Source: Bacteroidota bacterium (GTDB lineage Bacteria > Bacteroidota > Bacteroidia > Bacteroidales > ML635J-15). From it: 64,000 nucleotides of DNA. Positions 45,944-55,112 of the stretch are shown here, piece after piece. The DNA lies in assembly GCA_029564465.1 (NCBI GenBank), contig JAKQPY010000056.1:886-64885 (forward strand), read 5' to 3'. The translations under genes and the position numbers were made by a program. The first letter of the stretch is position 1; each line of letters starts with the position of its first letter. Under the pieces are notes generated by a model that saw only the letters and a list, made by a program, of their open reading frames with translations, was not told where the DNA came from and did not search any database.

Positions 45944-46099
45944 ATGGCAAAGAAAGTAGTTGCAACACTGAAGACCGGAGAAGGAAAAGAATACATCAAA
46001 TGTATCAAAATGGTACGTTCTCCTAAAACGGGTGCCTATATTTTTAAAGAAGCTATCATGCACCCCGATAATTCAAAAGATTTTTTTAACGCAAAGTAA
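45944..46099 (+). CDS. Small conserved protein (DUF4295-like), 51 aa, below the ORF-track cutoff
   Basis: My translation is MAKKVVATLKTGEGKEYIKCIKMVRSPKTGAYIFKEAIMHPDNSKDFFNAK. Its position directly after rpmG and before ftsY is typical of Bacteroidetes. Confidence 0.7.
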   Translation: MAKKVVATLKTGEGKEYIKCIKMVRSPKTGAYIFKEAIMHPDNSKDFFNAK

Positions 46100-46121
46100 T
46101 TCGTTAACTTTCATAGCTTTA

Positions 46122-46155
46122 ACGTCCGGGATTTATTTCGGACGTTTTTGTTTTT
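46122..46155 (+). terminator. Rho-independent terminator after the rpmB-rpmG-DUF4295 unit
   Basis: Stem ACGTCCG (46122-46128) pairs with CGGACGT (46139-46145), followed by TTTTGTTTTT. Confidence 0.7.
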
Positions 46156-46194
46156 ATTGATTTTATATCCGTTTTCATTTGGTAATTCTTTCGT

Positions 46195-46202
46195 TATATT
46201 TG
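46195..46202 (+). promoter_or_regulatory. -7 promoter motif TATATTTG upstream of ftsY
   Basis: Matches TAnnTTTG and lies 26 nt upstream of the ATG at 46228. Confidence 0.45.
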
Positions 46203-46227
46203 CAGCATTCAATTGAAATTTAGTGTA

Positions 46228-47181
46228 ATGGCATTATTCGGATTGTTCAATAAAGATAAAAAAGACAAACTCGACCAGGGCTTGTCGAAAACCCGACAGG
46301 GTGTTTTCGATAAACTCAACCGCGCAGTTTTTGGTAAAACCCGTGTCGACGATCAGGTACTCGACGATCTGGAAGAAATACTCATTTCTTCGGATGTGGG
46401 CGTTGATACTACGTTGCGGATTATTGAACGAATCGAAGATCGGGTAAAGCGTGATAAATATCTGGGAACTGGCGAATTAAACCGTGTTCTTCGCGAAGAA
46501 ATTGCTGCATTGCTCGAGGAAAATACAATTCAGGGCGCAATCGATTGGGATATCCCTACCGATAGTAAACCCTGGGTTATTATGGTAGTAGGCGTTAATG
46601 GTGTTGGCAAAACCACAACCATCGGAAAACTGGCCCACCGGTTCAGTTCAGCCGGAAAGAAAGTATATATTGGTGCTGCCGATACCTTCAGGGCTGCAGC
46701 CATTGAGCAACTCGAAATCTGGGCAGGCAGGGTAGGAGTACCCATGATTAAACAGCAAATGGGTGCTGACCCGGCATCGGTGGCATACGATACATTGGTT
46801 TCGGCTCAGAAAAACCAGGCTGATGTAGTAATCATCGATACTGCCGGTAGGTTGCAGACAAAACTGAACCTGATGAACGAACTTTCGAAAATTAAAAATG
46901 TAATGCAAAAGGTGGTTCCCGGTGCTCCCCACGAAATATTGCTGGTAATTGATGCTTCTACCGGACAGAACGCTTTTGAACAGGCAAAGCAGTTTACACT
47001 TGCCACCGATGTTAACGCCCTTGCGGTAACCAAGCTCGACGGTACTGCCAAGGGAGGCGTGGTAATAGGCGTTTCCGATCAGTTTAAGATTCCGGTTAAA
47101 TATATTGGTATCGGCGAAGGAATCGACGACCTTCAGTTGTTCGATAAAAAAGAATTTGTCGATAGTCTGTTCAAGGAATAA
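46228..47181 (+). CDS. ftsY: Signal recognition particle receptor FtsY
   Basis: SRP-GTPase motifs are VVGVNGVGKTTTIGKLA (G1), DTAGRL (G3) and TKLDGTAKGG (G4). I chose the ATG at 46228 over the TTG at 46213. Confidence 0.92.
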   Translation: MALFGLFNKDKKDKLDQGLSKTRQGVFDKLNRAVFGKTRVDDQVLDDLEEILISSDVGVDTTLRIIERIEDRVKRDKYLGTGELNRVLREEIAALLEENTIQGAIDWDIPTDSKPWVIMVVGVNGVGKTTTIGKLAHRFSSAGKKVYIGAADTFRAAAIEQLEIWAGRVGVPMIKQQMGADPASVAYDTLVSAQKNQADVVIIDTAGRLQTKLNLMNELSKIKNVMQKVVPGAPHEILLVIDASTGQNAFEQAKQFTLATDVNALAVTKLDGTAKGGVVIGVSDQFKIPVKYIGIGEGIDDLQLFDKKEFVDSLFKE

Positions 47182-47273
47182 TCATTTGATAGCTCCTTCC
47201 ATTTTTTGGTTTTTTTAAGATTTGAGCTTTGAATTTTAAGGTTTTGTTATAACCGACTGGTTTTATCCATCAT

Positions 47274-47281
47274 TATCTTTG
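47274..47281 (+). promoter_or_regulatory. -7 promoter motif TATCTTTG
   Basis: Matches TAnnTTTG and lies 38 nt upstream of the ATG at 47319. Confidence 0.4.
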
Positions 47282-47318
47282 ACGGAAATGTCATCGTATT
47301 AACCAACACTTACTGCTC

Positions 47319-48584
47319 ATGAAAACCAAACTTTTACTCGCGATTATTTCTCTTGTGTGTTTTTCGGGTATCAACGCCCAGAATATGAAATATGCCGAAT
47401 CGGTAATAACAGAACTTTCCTCAGAAAAATACGATGGAAGGGGCTATTACAAGAAGGGTGATGTAAAAGCTGCGGCGTATATCCGAAATGAGTTTAAACG
47501 TATGGGCCTGAAATCCTGGGGCTCCTTTTATCAAGCTTTTTCGTTTTCGGTAAATACATTTCCCGGCGATATGAAGGTGGAGGTCGATGGTAAAGAACTG
47601 CGTGCAGGCTACGATTTTGTGGTTCGCGAGTTCTGTGAAGGTTTTTCGGGAACTTACAATATATTTAGAATTGATACTACCGGTTCAGCCTCCGATGCAA
47701 TCTCCGAGATGATGAAACTCGATACGGCAAAATTGTTTGTTGCCGTAGAATACTACTTTTTAGTGAGGCATCCTGAGTTTAGCCGTGAAATTCAAAAAAC
47801 AGGTATCAGCAAATTCATGTTTATATTCGATGAGCCCCTGAAATGGTATGTAGCCGGTTCCGGTAAAATATATCCCACTAAACAAATCTGGATTACCGAC
47901 AGGGCTTTGGGAAAGACGCCGAAGCAATTTACTGCCGAAATCGAGAACCGGTTTATTAAAAAATACAAAACAAACAATGTGTTGGCTTATATCGAAGGAA
48001 GTCAGTGTCCCGATTCATTTTACGTATTTACGGCACATCTTGACCATTTGGGCAGGCATGGCAAAGACGTGTTTTATCCGGGTGCTAACGACAATGCCAG
48101 TGGAGTGGCCATGCTGCTTAACCTTGCCGAGTATTACTCTCAACCGGGCAATCAACCCCGCTATTCAATTGCCTTTATGGCTTTTGCCGGTGAAGAAACC
48201 GGATTAAACGGCTCATATCATTATGTAAAAAACCCAAAATTTCCGCTCTCAAATATTTTATACCTTATTAATTATGATATGATTGCCGACAATTGCCACA
48301 AAGTATACACCGAAATGAGCCCGGAAGCAGCTTCAGGCTATGCTCATATTTGTGAACTTAACAAAGATGCCCGCTGGATTCCCGATTTTGAAGTGAACGA
48401 ACTCAGTGGTAACAGCGACCATTTCCCATTTGCAGAACAGCATGTCCCGGCGGTTTTCTTTCTTGATCATGGTGATGCTTTCAGGATATACCATACACCT
48501 ATGGATACGCTCAATGATAAAAGTTTTACCAATTTTCCGGGATATTTCAATATGGCGGTTAAGTTCGTGAATTCATACAGGTAG
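47319..48584 (+). CDS. M28 family metallo-aminopeptidase
   Basis: 421 aa with a signal peptide. Zn-ligand contexts are TAHLDHLG, PGANDNASG and AGEETGLNGS. Confidence 0.82.
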   Translation: MKTKLLLAIISLVCFSGINAQNMKYAESVITELSSEKYDGRGYYKKGDVKAAAYIRNEFKRMGLKSWGSFYQAFSFSVNTFPGDMKVEVDGKELRAGYDFVVREFCEGFSGTYNIFRIDTTGSASDAISEMMKLDTAKLFVAVEYYFLVRHPEFSREIQKTGISKFMFIFDEPLKWYVAGSGKIYPTKQIWITDRALGKTPKQFTAEIENRFIKKYKTNNVLAYIEGSQCPDSFYVFTAHLDHLGRHGKDVFYPGANDNASGVAMLLNLAEYYSQPGNQPRYSIAFMAFAGEETGLNGSYHYVKNPKFPLSNILYLINYDMIADNCHKVYTEMSPEAASGYAHICELNKDARWIPDFEVNELSGNSDHFPFAEQHVPAVFFLDHGDAFRIYHTPMDTLNDKSFTNFPGYFNMAVKFVNSYR

Positions 48585-48769
48585 AAATTCTGAACCTATA
48601 TTTTATTGATTGCTGATAAATTGTTTTATCATCCCAAATTATGCGAAATTGAAACCGTTATTGTTGTGAACTTTTGAAATATTATTATAAAACGATAAAT
48701 TTTCAATTCGATGTCGTAAATATAATGTATTTTATATGATGTATATTTTGAATTGTTGATTGCATTTTT

Positions 48770-48777
48770 TACATTTG
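48770..48777 (+). promoter_or_regulatory. -7 promoter motif TACATTTG
   Basis: Matches TAnnTTTG in the 279-bp AT-rich spacer, 87 nt upstream of the ATG at 48864. Confidence 0.3.
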
Positions 48778-48863
48778 CTATGCATTTACTTTATGTTTAA
48801 ATGACAAAGTAAAAGCCGCGGTTACCGAAAAGCGTATGAGTAGGAAATGTAAAACCAATAACC

Positions 48864-49907
48864 ATGAAAAAGTTGCTTGTTTTCTTATCGTTACTGTGCT
48901 TTATCAATGTATCCTTGTTTTCGCAGAACTGCTTTTTGCTCGAAAAGGGTTATATCAATAAATCGGTATCTGATAATTACTATTCTGATGTAACTTCTAC
49001 CAAGGGCTGGAGTAAAATGAAGCCTGAAAAGAAGACTGAACTTATCAACCAATTTAACACCAATGTATTAAACGGAACCAAAGCGCCATCGTCTTCCTAT
49101 CTGTTCGAGATTTATGTTAAGGATGTTGAAAGGGGTGAAATTGAAAAACTAACCTACGGTTTAACAATCAATGGAGTTGAATACACTTTCCCTTGCTTGT
49201 GCAAAGATAACGTTCATTATTATTACAGGACTGTCGGACCGGTTTATTACGTGAGTAACGGTGACACCATTGGGGCAGGATTTAATGGCACACAGGCTAT
49301 TCCCAACAACCTTAAGGTGGGTGATATTTTGCCCAGTTACGAAGATATCTCCAATCTAATTATTAGCACTACATCGTACGAAGACAAGCAACGGATACTC
49401 GCCGGATATCGTAAAGTGGAAACCATCGAGAAAAATACCACACATTTAAACCAGCAAAACCTGAGGTGGGAAACCGGCGATTGGAAGGTGACGAAATATG
49501 AGGAGGTTTGGAAAGATATCGATGTAAAGGTATTGGAATCGACAGCTTTGAACAGCCACACGATCCATTATGTAAACGCAATAGTTGACCGCACCGAAGA
49601 GGTTGTACTGGATGATAAAACCTATACCGCCTATGTAATCGAAAGCGAAATGTGGATTCAATCGGGTTTTGAAAGCACATTTGCCGCTGATAATGCAAAA
49701 TGGCAAAAACGCCGTGAGAATTTCCAGAACCGGCTAGATAAACAAGTACAAAAGAACCTGATTAAATCGAAGTTTCTCAACGAAGAAGGATATTACGTTA
49801 CCTATCTGACCGAATGGTTTATTCCCTATATTGGCGTTGTGAAAACAATTAATTACGATTCTGACGGATGTATCAGTACCATTGGAAGATGGGGCGGACT
49901 TAAATAG
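48864..49907 (+). CDS. Hypothetical secreted protein
   Basis: 347 aa with signal peptide MKKLLVFLSLLCFINVSLFSQ. No recognisable motif. Its 3' end overlaps or abuts the WYL regulator ORF. Confidence 0.6.
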   Translation: MKKLLVFLSLLCFINVSLFSQNCFLLEKGYINKSVSDNYYSDVTSTKGWSKMKPEKKTELINQFNTNVLNGTKAPSSSYLFEIYVKDVERGEIEKLTYGLTINGVEYTFPCLCKDNVHYYYRTVGPVYYVSNGDTIGAGFNGTQAIPNNLKVGDILPSYEDISNLIISTTSYEDKQRILAGYRKVETIEKNTTHLNQQNLRWETGDWKVTKYEEVWKDIDVKVLESTALNSHTIHYVNAIVDRTEEVVLDDKTYTAYVIESEMWIQSGFESTFAADNAKWQKRRENFQNRLDKQVQKNLIKSKFLNEEGYYVTYLTEWFIPYIGVVKTINYDSDGCISTIGRWGGLK

Positions 49908-50826
49908 TGATTCAGTATTGATAGAACAAGCAAAATTTGAAAGTATCCTGCGCCTGCTTATACAGCTCAGCGGGCCATATGGGCGCACTATCGATGGGTT
50001 GGCAGGCGAAATGGGCAAGTCTGCGCGTACAATTCGCCGTTATATTCAAACCCTGCGCGATTGTGGTTTTGTTGTTGAGTCGAATGAATCGTATTTTCGG
50101 ATAGTGGAATTCGAAAAAGGCAGGAAACTTTCTGACCTGCTGCACTTTTCTGCTGAGGAGTCTGAATTACTTTCAAGGGCTATTCATTCCATCGATTTTG
50201 ATGGTGCACTTAAAGAGAGCCTTACGAAGAAGCTGTTTTCGCTTTACAATAACAAGCTTGTGCCCTACGCCATTGTTACACCCGAAAAGTCTGAGAATAT
50301 CGTTGCATTGTGCGAAGCCATCCGGCAGAAAAAACAGGTGCGACTGATAGATTACAGTTCTGCCCACAGCAGTTCAACAACTACCCGTCTGGTTGAACCT
50401 TTCGATTTTACGGTGAATTATGTCCAGCTTTGGGCATACGAACCCGAGTCGGCAAGCAATAAATATTTTAAAATTGCCCGTATCCGTTCGGTGGAAATCC
50501 TCGATCGGGGATGGCAGTTCGAAGCCAAACACCAAACGGCATTTACCGATATATTCAGGATGAGTGGTCCAGAACAAATTCCGGTGAAACTAAAACTCAG
50601 TATGCGGGCGGCTACTTTATTGCAGGAAGAATACCCCCTTTCGGGGCAGTTTTTAACACAAAACGCTCATGCCGAATGGATACTCGAGACTACCGTGTGC
50701 AGTTTCGAAGGCGTAGGCCGGTTTGTTATGGGTCTGCTCAACGAAGTCGAAGTTTTACAACCCGGAAGTCTTGAGGGTTTTATCGAAACGAAGCTTAGCA
50801 GTTTTCGAAAAAATCATTTGTCGTAG
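49882..50826 (+). CDS. HTH-WYL domain transcriptional regulator
   Basis: Has an N-terminal winged HTH (TIDGLAGEMGKSARTIRRYIQTLRDCGFVV). The central WYL domain reads QVRLIDYSS...RLVEPFDF.VNYVQLWAYEPES..NKYFKIARIRSVEIL. A C-terminal extension follows. The track start at 49882 is TTG, and an in-frame TTG at 49918 lies just after the upstream stop. There is no ATG before the HTH. Confidence 0.8.
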   Translation: MEDGADLNSDSVLIEQAKFESILRLLIQLSGPYGRTIDGLAGEMGKSARTIRRYIQTLRDCGFVVESNESYFRIVEFEKGRKLSDLLHFSAEESELLSRAIHSIDFDGALKESLTKKLFSLYNNKLVPYAIVTPEKSENIVALCEAIRQKKQVRLIDYSSAHSSSTTTRLVEPFDFTVNYVQLWAYEPESASNKYFKIARIRSVEILDRGWQFEAKHQTAFTDIFRMSGPEQIPVKLKLSMRAATLLQEEYPLSGQFLTQNAHAEWILETTVCSFEGVGRFVMGLLNEVEVLQPGSLEGFIETKLSSFRKNHLS

Positions 50827-50992
50827 GTAATAATAAATTCCGGGTAATTCCAAATGCATTTTTCCACTTGTTAACGTCAGGTAGGTTTAATGCTGAAGGT
50901 AGAAATTGCATTTTTTCGAAAATATTTTTTCGATTGTCATTAGTTGTCACAAGCCTATGGTTTATTTGTGTCATAATTAACTGATAAGCGAT

Positions 50993-51316
50993 ATGGAACG
51001 ACGTCATTTTATTCATTGCCGGATTGCCGGATTTACTTTCTACGAGGCACCGGTGGTTTTTTCGGAACTTTCGGTAGGCACCGAGCTTCAACTTGTTGCA
51101 GAACCCGATAACCATTACGATGCGCATGCTGTGGCTGTGTTTTTCAACCAGCACAAACTGGGGTTTTTACCCCGCAACGAGAACAATGCGGTGAGTAAAC
51201 TCCTCGAAATGGGCTACGCTGATATTTTCGAAACGAGAATTCAGCGCATCAGTCCTGCATCTGAACCCGAAAATCAGGTTCAGATTATTGTTTACCTGAA
51301 GCCCGCAGTAGCATAG
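50993..51316 (+). CDS. Standalone HIRAN-domain protein
   Basis: 107 aa. CRIAGFTFYEAPVVFSELSVGTELQLVAEPDNHYDAHAVAVFFNQHKLGFLPRNENNAVSKLL matches the HIRAN pattern (G..yY......l..G..l.L..ep.N.yD..Av.v.....klGflpr). Confidence 0.78.
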   Translation: MERRHFIHCRIAGFTFYEAPVVFSELSVGTELQLVAEPDNHYDAHAVAVFFNQHKLGFLPRNENNAVSKLLEMGYADIFETRIQRISPASEPENQVQIIVYLKPAVA

Positions 51317-51338
51317 CATGGTTTGTTGTTGTGTGTCA

Positions 51339-51385
51339 GGTACAGGCCGGCATCTGCATTGCAAGCTGCCGCCTGTACTTTTGTT
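51339..51385 (+). terminator. Rho-independent terminator after the HIRAN gene
   Basis: Long stem GTACAGGCCGGCA pairs with TGCCGCCTGTAC (one bulged G), followed by TTTTGTT. Confidence 0.7.
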
Positions 51386-51447
51386 ATAATTCATGTAACG
51401 ATTTTGCTGCAATGAATCTTAGTATGCATTTACTTCGATTGATTTTT

Positions 51448-51455
51448 TATCTTTG
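51448..51455 (+). promoter_or_regulatory. -7 promoter motif TATCTTTG upstream of lepA
   Basis: Matches TAnnTTTG and lies 18 nt upstream of the ATG at 51473. Confidence 0.4.
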
Positions 51456-51472
51456 CGCCGAAATGTATTTTT

Positions 51473-53260
51473 ATGAAGAACATCAGGAATTTTTGCATCA
51501 TTGCGCACATCGATCATGGAAAGAGTACTCTTGCCGACAGATTGTTGCTGATTACCAATACCATATCGGAGCGTGATTTTCAGAATCAGGTTCTCGATGA
51601 CATGGATTTGGAACGGGAGCGTGGCATCACTATTAAAAGCCATGCCATTCAGATGGAATACGAATCAGGCGGCATAAACTATTTGCTGAATCTGATTGAT
51701 ACACCGGGGCATGTCGATTTTTCGTACGAGGTAAGCCGTTCGATTGCAGCTTGCGAGGGTGCCCTGCTGATTGTTGATGCTACCCAGGGTATTCAGGCAC
51801 AGACGATATCGGTGTTGTATCAGGCTATTGATCATAATCTGGAAATTATCCCGGTGATGAATAAAATGGACCTTGATGCCGCGATGCCCGATGAGGTCGA
51901 AGATCAGATTATCGAATTAATAGGATGCAAAAGAGAAGACATCATCAGGTCGAGTGGGAAAACCGGATATGGCACCGAAGAAATTCTGGAAGCCATCATT
52001 CACCGGATACCCCCTCCGAAAGGTGATCCTGAAAAACCATTGGAAGCACTTATTTTCGATTCGGTATTTAATCCTTTCAGAGGAATTATCGCTTATTTCC
52101 GCATATTCAACGGTACCATTAATCAAAAAGACCATGTGAAGTTTTTTAATACCGAGCATGACTATGACGCTGACGAAATTGGTGTGTTGAAAATGGGCTT
52201 AGAGCCACGCAGAACACTTTCGGCTGGAGATGTAGGATATATTATTTCGGGGATAAAAACTGCCAGCGAAGTGAAGGTAGGTGATACAATAACCCATTTC
52301 GAAAGGCCATGTGTTGCGGCTATTGAGGGTTTTGCCGAAGTAAAGCCCATGCTGTTTGCAGGAATCTATCCGGTAGATGCCGACGACTACGAAGAGTTGC
52401 GTGCCTCTATCGAGAAACTGCAGCTTAACGATGCCTCACTGACTTTTGTTCCTGAGTCATCAGCAGCTCTTGGTTTTGGTTTTCGCTGTGGTTTTTTGGG
52501 ACTGCTACACATGGAAATTATTCAGGAGCGTCTCGACCGTGAATTCGATATGGATGTGATAACAACAGTTCCCAACGTGCAATATCTGGCCTATACCACC
52601 AAAGGAGAGCTTGTCGAAGTGCACAACCCTTCGGGAATGCCGGAGCCCAATTATCTCGACTATGTGGAAGAGCCAATGATTAAAGGCCACATTATCTCGC
52701 AGGCTGAATATGTTGGCCCCATTATTAAATTGTGTATCGATAAACGCGGTACCTTATTGAATCAGGTTTATCTTACCAACAACAGGGTAGAACTTTCTTT
52801 CGATCTACCCCTGGGCGAAATTGTTTTCGATTTTTATGACAAACTGAAGAGCATCAGCAAAGGATATGCATCCTTCGATTACTACATGAACGGTTATAAA
52901 GTTTCGAAGCTGGCGCGGCTCGATATACTTCTGAATGGTGAGATGGTAGATGCCCTTTCTACCCTGACCCATGTTGACAACGCCTATCCATTTGGCCGCA
53001 AGATGTGTGAAAAACTGCGTGAGCTTATTCCACGGCAACAATTCGATATTGCAGTACAAGCTGCTATCGGGGCAAAGATTATTGCCCGTGAAACAGTAAA
53101 AGCGGTTCGTAAAGATGTAACTGCCAAATGCTATGGCGGCGATATTACACGAAAACGTAAATTGCTCGAAAAACAGAAAAAAGGTAAAAAACGCATGCGG
53201 CAGATTGGAAACGTAGAAGTACCCCAGTCGGCGTTTCTTGCTGTTTTACGTATCGATTAA
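51473..53260 (+). CDS. lepA: Translation elongation factor 4 (LepA)
   Basis: 595 aa. Has [21 protein letters not shown] (G1), canonical DTPGHVDF (G3) and NKMD (G4), plus the LepA-specific C-terminal domain. Confidence 0.95.
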   Translation: MKNIRNFCIIAHIDHGKSTLADRLLLITNTISERDFQNQVLDDMDLERERGITIKSHAIQMEYESGGINYLLNLIDTPGHVDFSYEVSRSIAACEGALLIVDATQGIQAQTISVLYQAIDHNLEIIPVMNKMDLDAAMPDEVEDQIIELIGCKREDIIRSSGKTGYGTEEILEAIIHRIPPPKGDPEKPLEALIFDSVFNPFRGIIAYFRIFNGTINQKDHVKFFNTEHDYDADEIGVLKMGLEPRRTLSAGDVGYIISGIKTASEVKVGDTITHFERPCVAAIEGFAEVKPMLFAGIYPVDADDYEELRASIEKLQLNDASLTFVPESSAALGFGFRCGFLGLLHMEIIQERLDREFDMDVITTVPNVQYLAYTTKGELVEVHNPSGMPEPNYLDYVEEPMIKGHIISQAEYVGPIIKLCIDKRGTLLNQVYLTNNRVELSFDLPLGEIVFDFYDKLKSISKGYASFDYYMNGYKVSKLARLDILLNGEMVDALSTLTHVDNAYPFGRKMCEKLRELIPRQQFDIAVQAAIGAKIIARETVKAVRKDVTAKCYGGDITRKRKLLEKQKKGKKRMRQIGNVEVPQSAFLAVLRID

Positions 53261-54309
53261 ACCGTAATGGCTTTCATTGTGAAAGCAACCGTTGTTCCAA
53301 TCCCCGGAGTGCTCCTGATATTGACTTTTTGGTTATGGGCTTCGATGATATGCTTAACAATGGCAAGGCCGAGTCCGCTGCCACCTGTGTTTGAGGAGTG
53401 ACTTTTATCGACACGGTAGAACCGCTCGAAAACGCGCGGAAGATCTTCTGCAGGAATACCAATACCATTGTCGGTAACTTCGAACAAAATGTGCTTGTCC
53501 ATGTCGAACATTTCAATTTTTACAAATCCGCCCGGGTTCGAATAGTTGATGGCATTGAGGATCAGATTGGCAAAAACCTGACTTAAAAAATGCTTATCGG
53601 CTTCGATGAGCCGGTTTTTATCGTAATGTCGTTTTACCTGCATCGAGATGTTTTTTTCATCAGCACGGTCTTCGAGTGATTCCATTACCTCCGTTATCAA
53701 TCTCTCAGGATCAACCGGTTTCAAATCGAATTTCAAAGTGCTCGATTCGAGTTTCGAAATAGCTTCTAAATCATTAACAATCGAAATCATTTTGTTAATG
53801 TTTTTGTCGATTTTCGAAAGGTATTTTTTGTTGATCGATTCGTCTTCCAGACCGCCTTCGAGAAGCGTTGATGTATATCCTTGAATATTGAAAATCGGCG
53901 TTTTCAGCTCGTGCGAAATATTTCCGATAAATTCCTTGCGATAGCGCGCCATTTGCCTTAGTTGCTCAATCACCTTACTTTGCTCGTCAGCCCATTCGGT
54001 AACATCATTATCGACCTGTTCTATCATATCGACACGCATGTTAAACTTGGTGCTGAAGTTTTTACCTGCTTCTTTTTTTGTGTGTATCGACTTGTAAATG
54101 AGCTTGATGCGGTCGTAAATGAATTTAAAAAAAATAAATCTCAGGGCAAAGTACGATATTGTCAGGGTGATAACGAAAACTCCCGTGGCATGAAGCCACT
54201 GAATGTTGTGGTAATAATAGAGATTGGTAATCGAACTAAAACCCGTAAGCAGAAAGCTCAACACTACCGAGAACAGCAAAGCCAGATTGTTTGAAGAGTA
54301 TGCTTTCAT
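53257..54309 (-). CDS. Sensor histidine kinase (two N-terminal TM segments, HisKA + HATPase_c)
   Basis: 350 aa. H-box [13 protein letters not shown]-box [10 protein letters not shown] and G-boxes DNGIGIP / [10 protein letters not shown] are present. Its stop codon overlaps the lepA stop. Confidence 0.88.
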   Translation of the reverse strand: MKAYSSNNLALLFSVVLSFLLTGFSSITNLYYYHNIQWLHATGVFVITLTISYFALRFIFFKFIYDRIKLIYKSIHTKKEAGKNFSTKFNMRVDMIEQVDNDVTEWADEQSKVIEQLRQMARYRKEFIGNISHELKTPIFNIQGYTSTLLEGGLEDESINKKYLSKIDKNINKMISIVNDLEAISKLESSTLKFDLKPVDPERLITEVMESLEDRADEKNISMQVKRHYDKNRLIEADKHFLSQVFANLILNAINYSNPGGFVKIEMFDMDKHILFEVTDNGIGIPAEDLPRVFERFYRVDKSHSSNTGGSGLGLAIVKHIIEAHNQKVNIRSTPGIGTTVAFTMKAITV

Positions 54310-54397
54310 CTGAGTTTATTTTTATTGGTCCGATGGAATCTTACATAAATGAATTCTTTCATGTTCGGTAATGTCTTAATCCGGTTCATTCAATTGA

Positions 54398-55102
54398 TTA
54401 AAATTCGAACTTATAACCGATTCCTTTCATCGTCTTGATAAAATCATCCCCGATTTTTTCGCGTAATTTACGAACGTGTACATCGATGGTTCTGTCGCCA
54501 ACAACCACTTTGTTACCCCAGATTGCGTAGTATATTTCGTCGCGGGTAAACACCTTGCCGGGTTTTGAGATGAGCAGCTTCAACAGTTTAAACTCTTTCT
54601 TGGGGAGCAGAATTTCAATTCCGTCTTTTTCGATGCGGTGCATTTCGATATCGATGCTCAGGTTGTTGAAAACAAATTTACTGTTTTTATTTTCTTCCGG
54701 CTTTTTCAAGTCGTTCAATAATCGGTTGTGGTGTCGCAGCAGGGATTCGATTTTTTTTACTATAATTTTTGGTTTCACCGGTTTGGTAATGTAATCGTCA
54801 GCACCAGCATCAAACCCAGCAATTTGTGAATAATCTTCAGACCGGGCTGTAAGGAAAACAATGATTACCCGGTTCATTTCGGGCAGTTCACGAAGTTGCT
54901 GGCACACTTCGATACCATCGGCTCCGGGCATCATTATGTCAAGCAGAATCAGGTCAGGATTGGTTTGCCCGGCTTTTTGAATTGCTTCGATTCCATTCGC
55001 TGCGCAATGGACTTCATAGCATTCGCGACCCAGATTATACGATAGAAATTCCCTGATATCGGAATCATCGTCAACAATCAGGATTTTATTACGGTTTTCC
55101 AT
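54398..55102 (-). CDS. OmpR-family response regulator
   Basis: 234 aa. The receiver domain has ILIVDDD and LILLDIMMPGADG. A C-terminal winged-helix domain follows (VFTRDEIY...VDVHVRKLREKI...IKTMKGIGYKF). Confidence 0.9.
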   Translation of the reverse strand: MENRNKILIVDDDSDIREFLSYNLGRECYEVHCAANGIEAIQKAGQTNPDLILLDIMMPGADGIEVCQQLRELPEMNRVIIVFLTARSEDYSQIAGFDAGADDYITKPVKPKIIVKKIESLLRHHNRLLNDLKKPEENKNSKFVFNNLSIDIEMHRIEKDGIEILLPKKEFKLLKLLISKPGKVFTRDEIYYAIWGNKVVVGDRTIDVHVRKLREKIGDDFIKTMKGIGYKFEF

Positions 55103-55112
55103 GAACGGGGTT

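Noticed and set aside
50795-51154. 119-aa minus-strand ORF across the WYL/HIRAN spacer
   Set aside because: It overlaps the HIRAN gene antisense and the WYL gene's 3' end. The HIRAN frame has a clear domain signature and this ORF has none.
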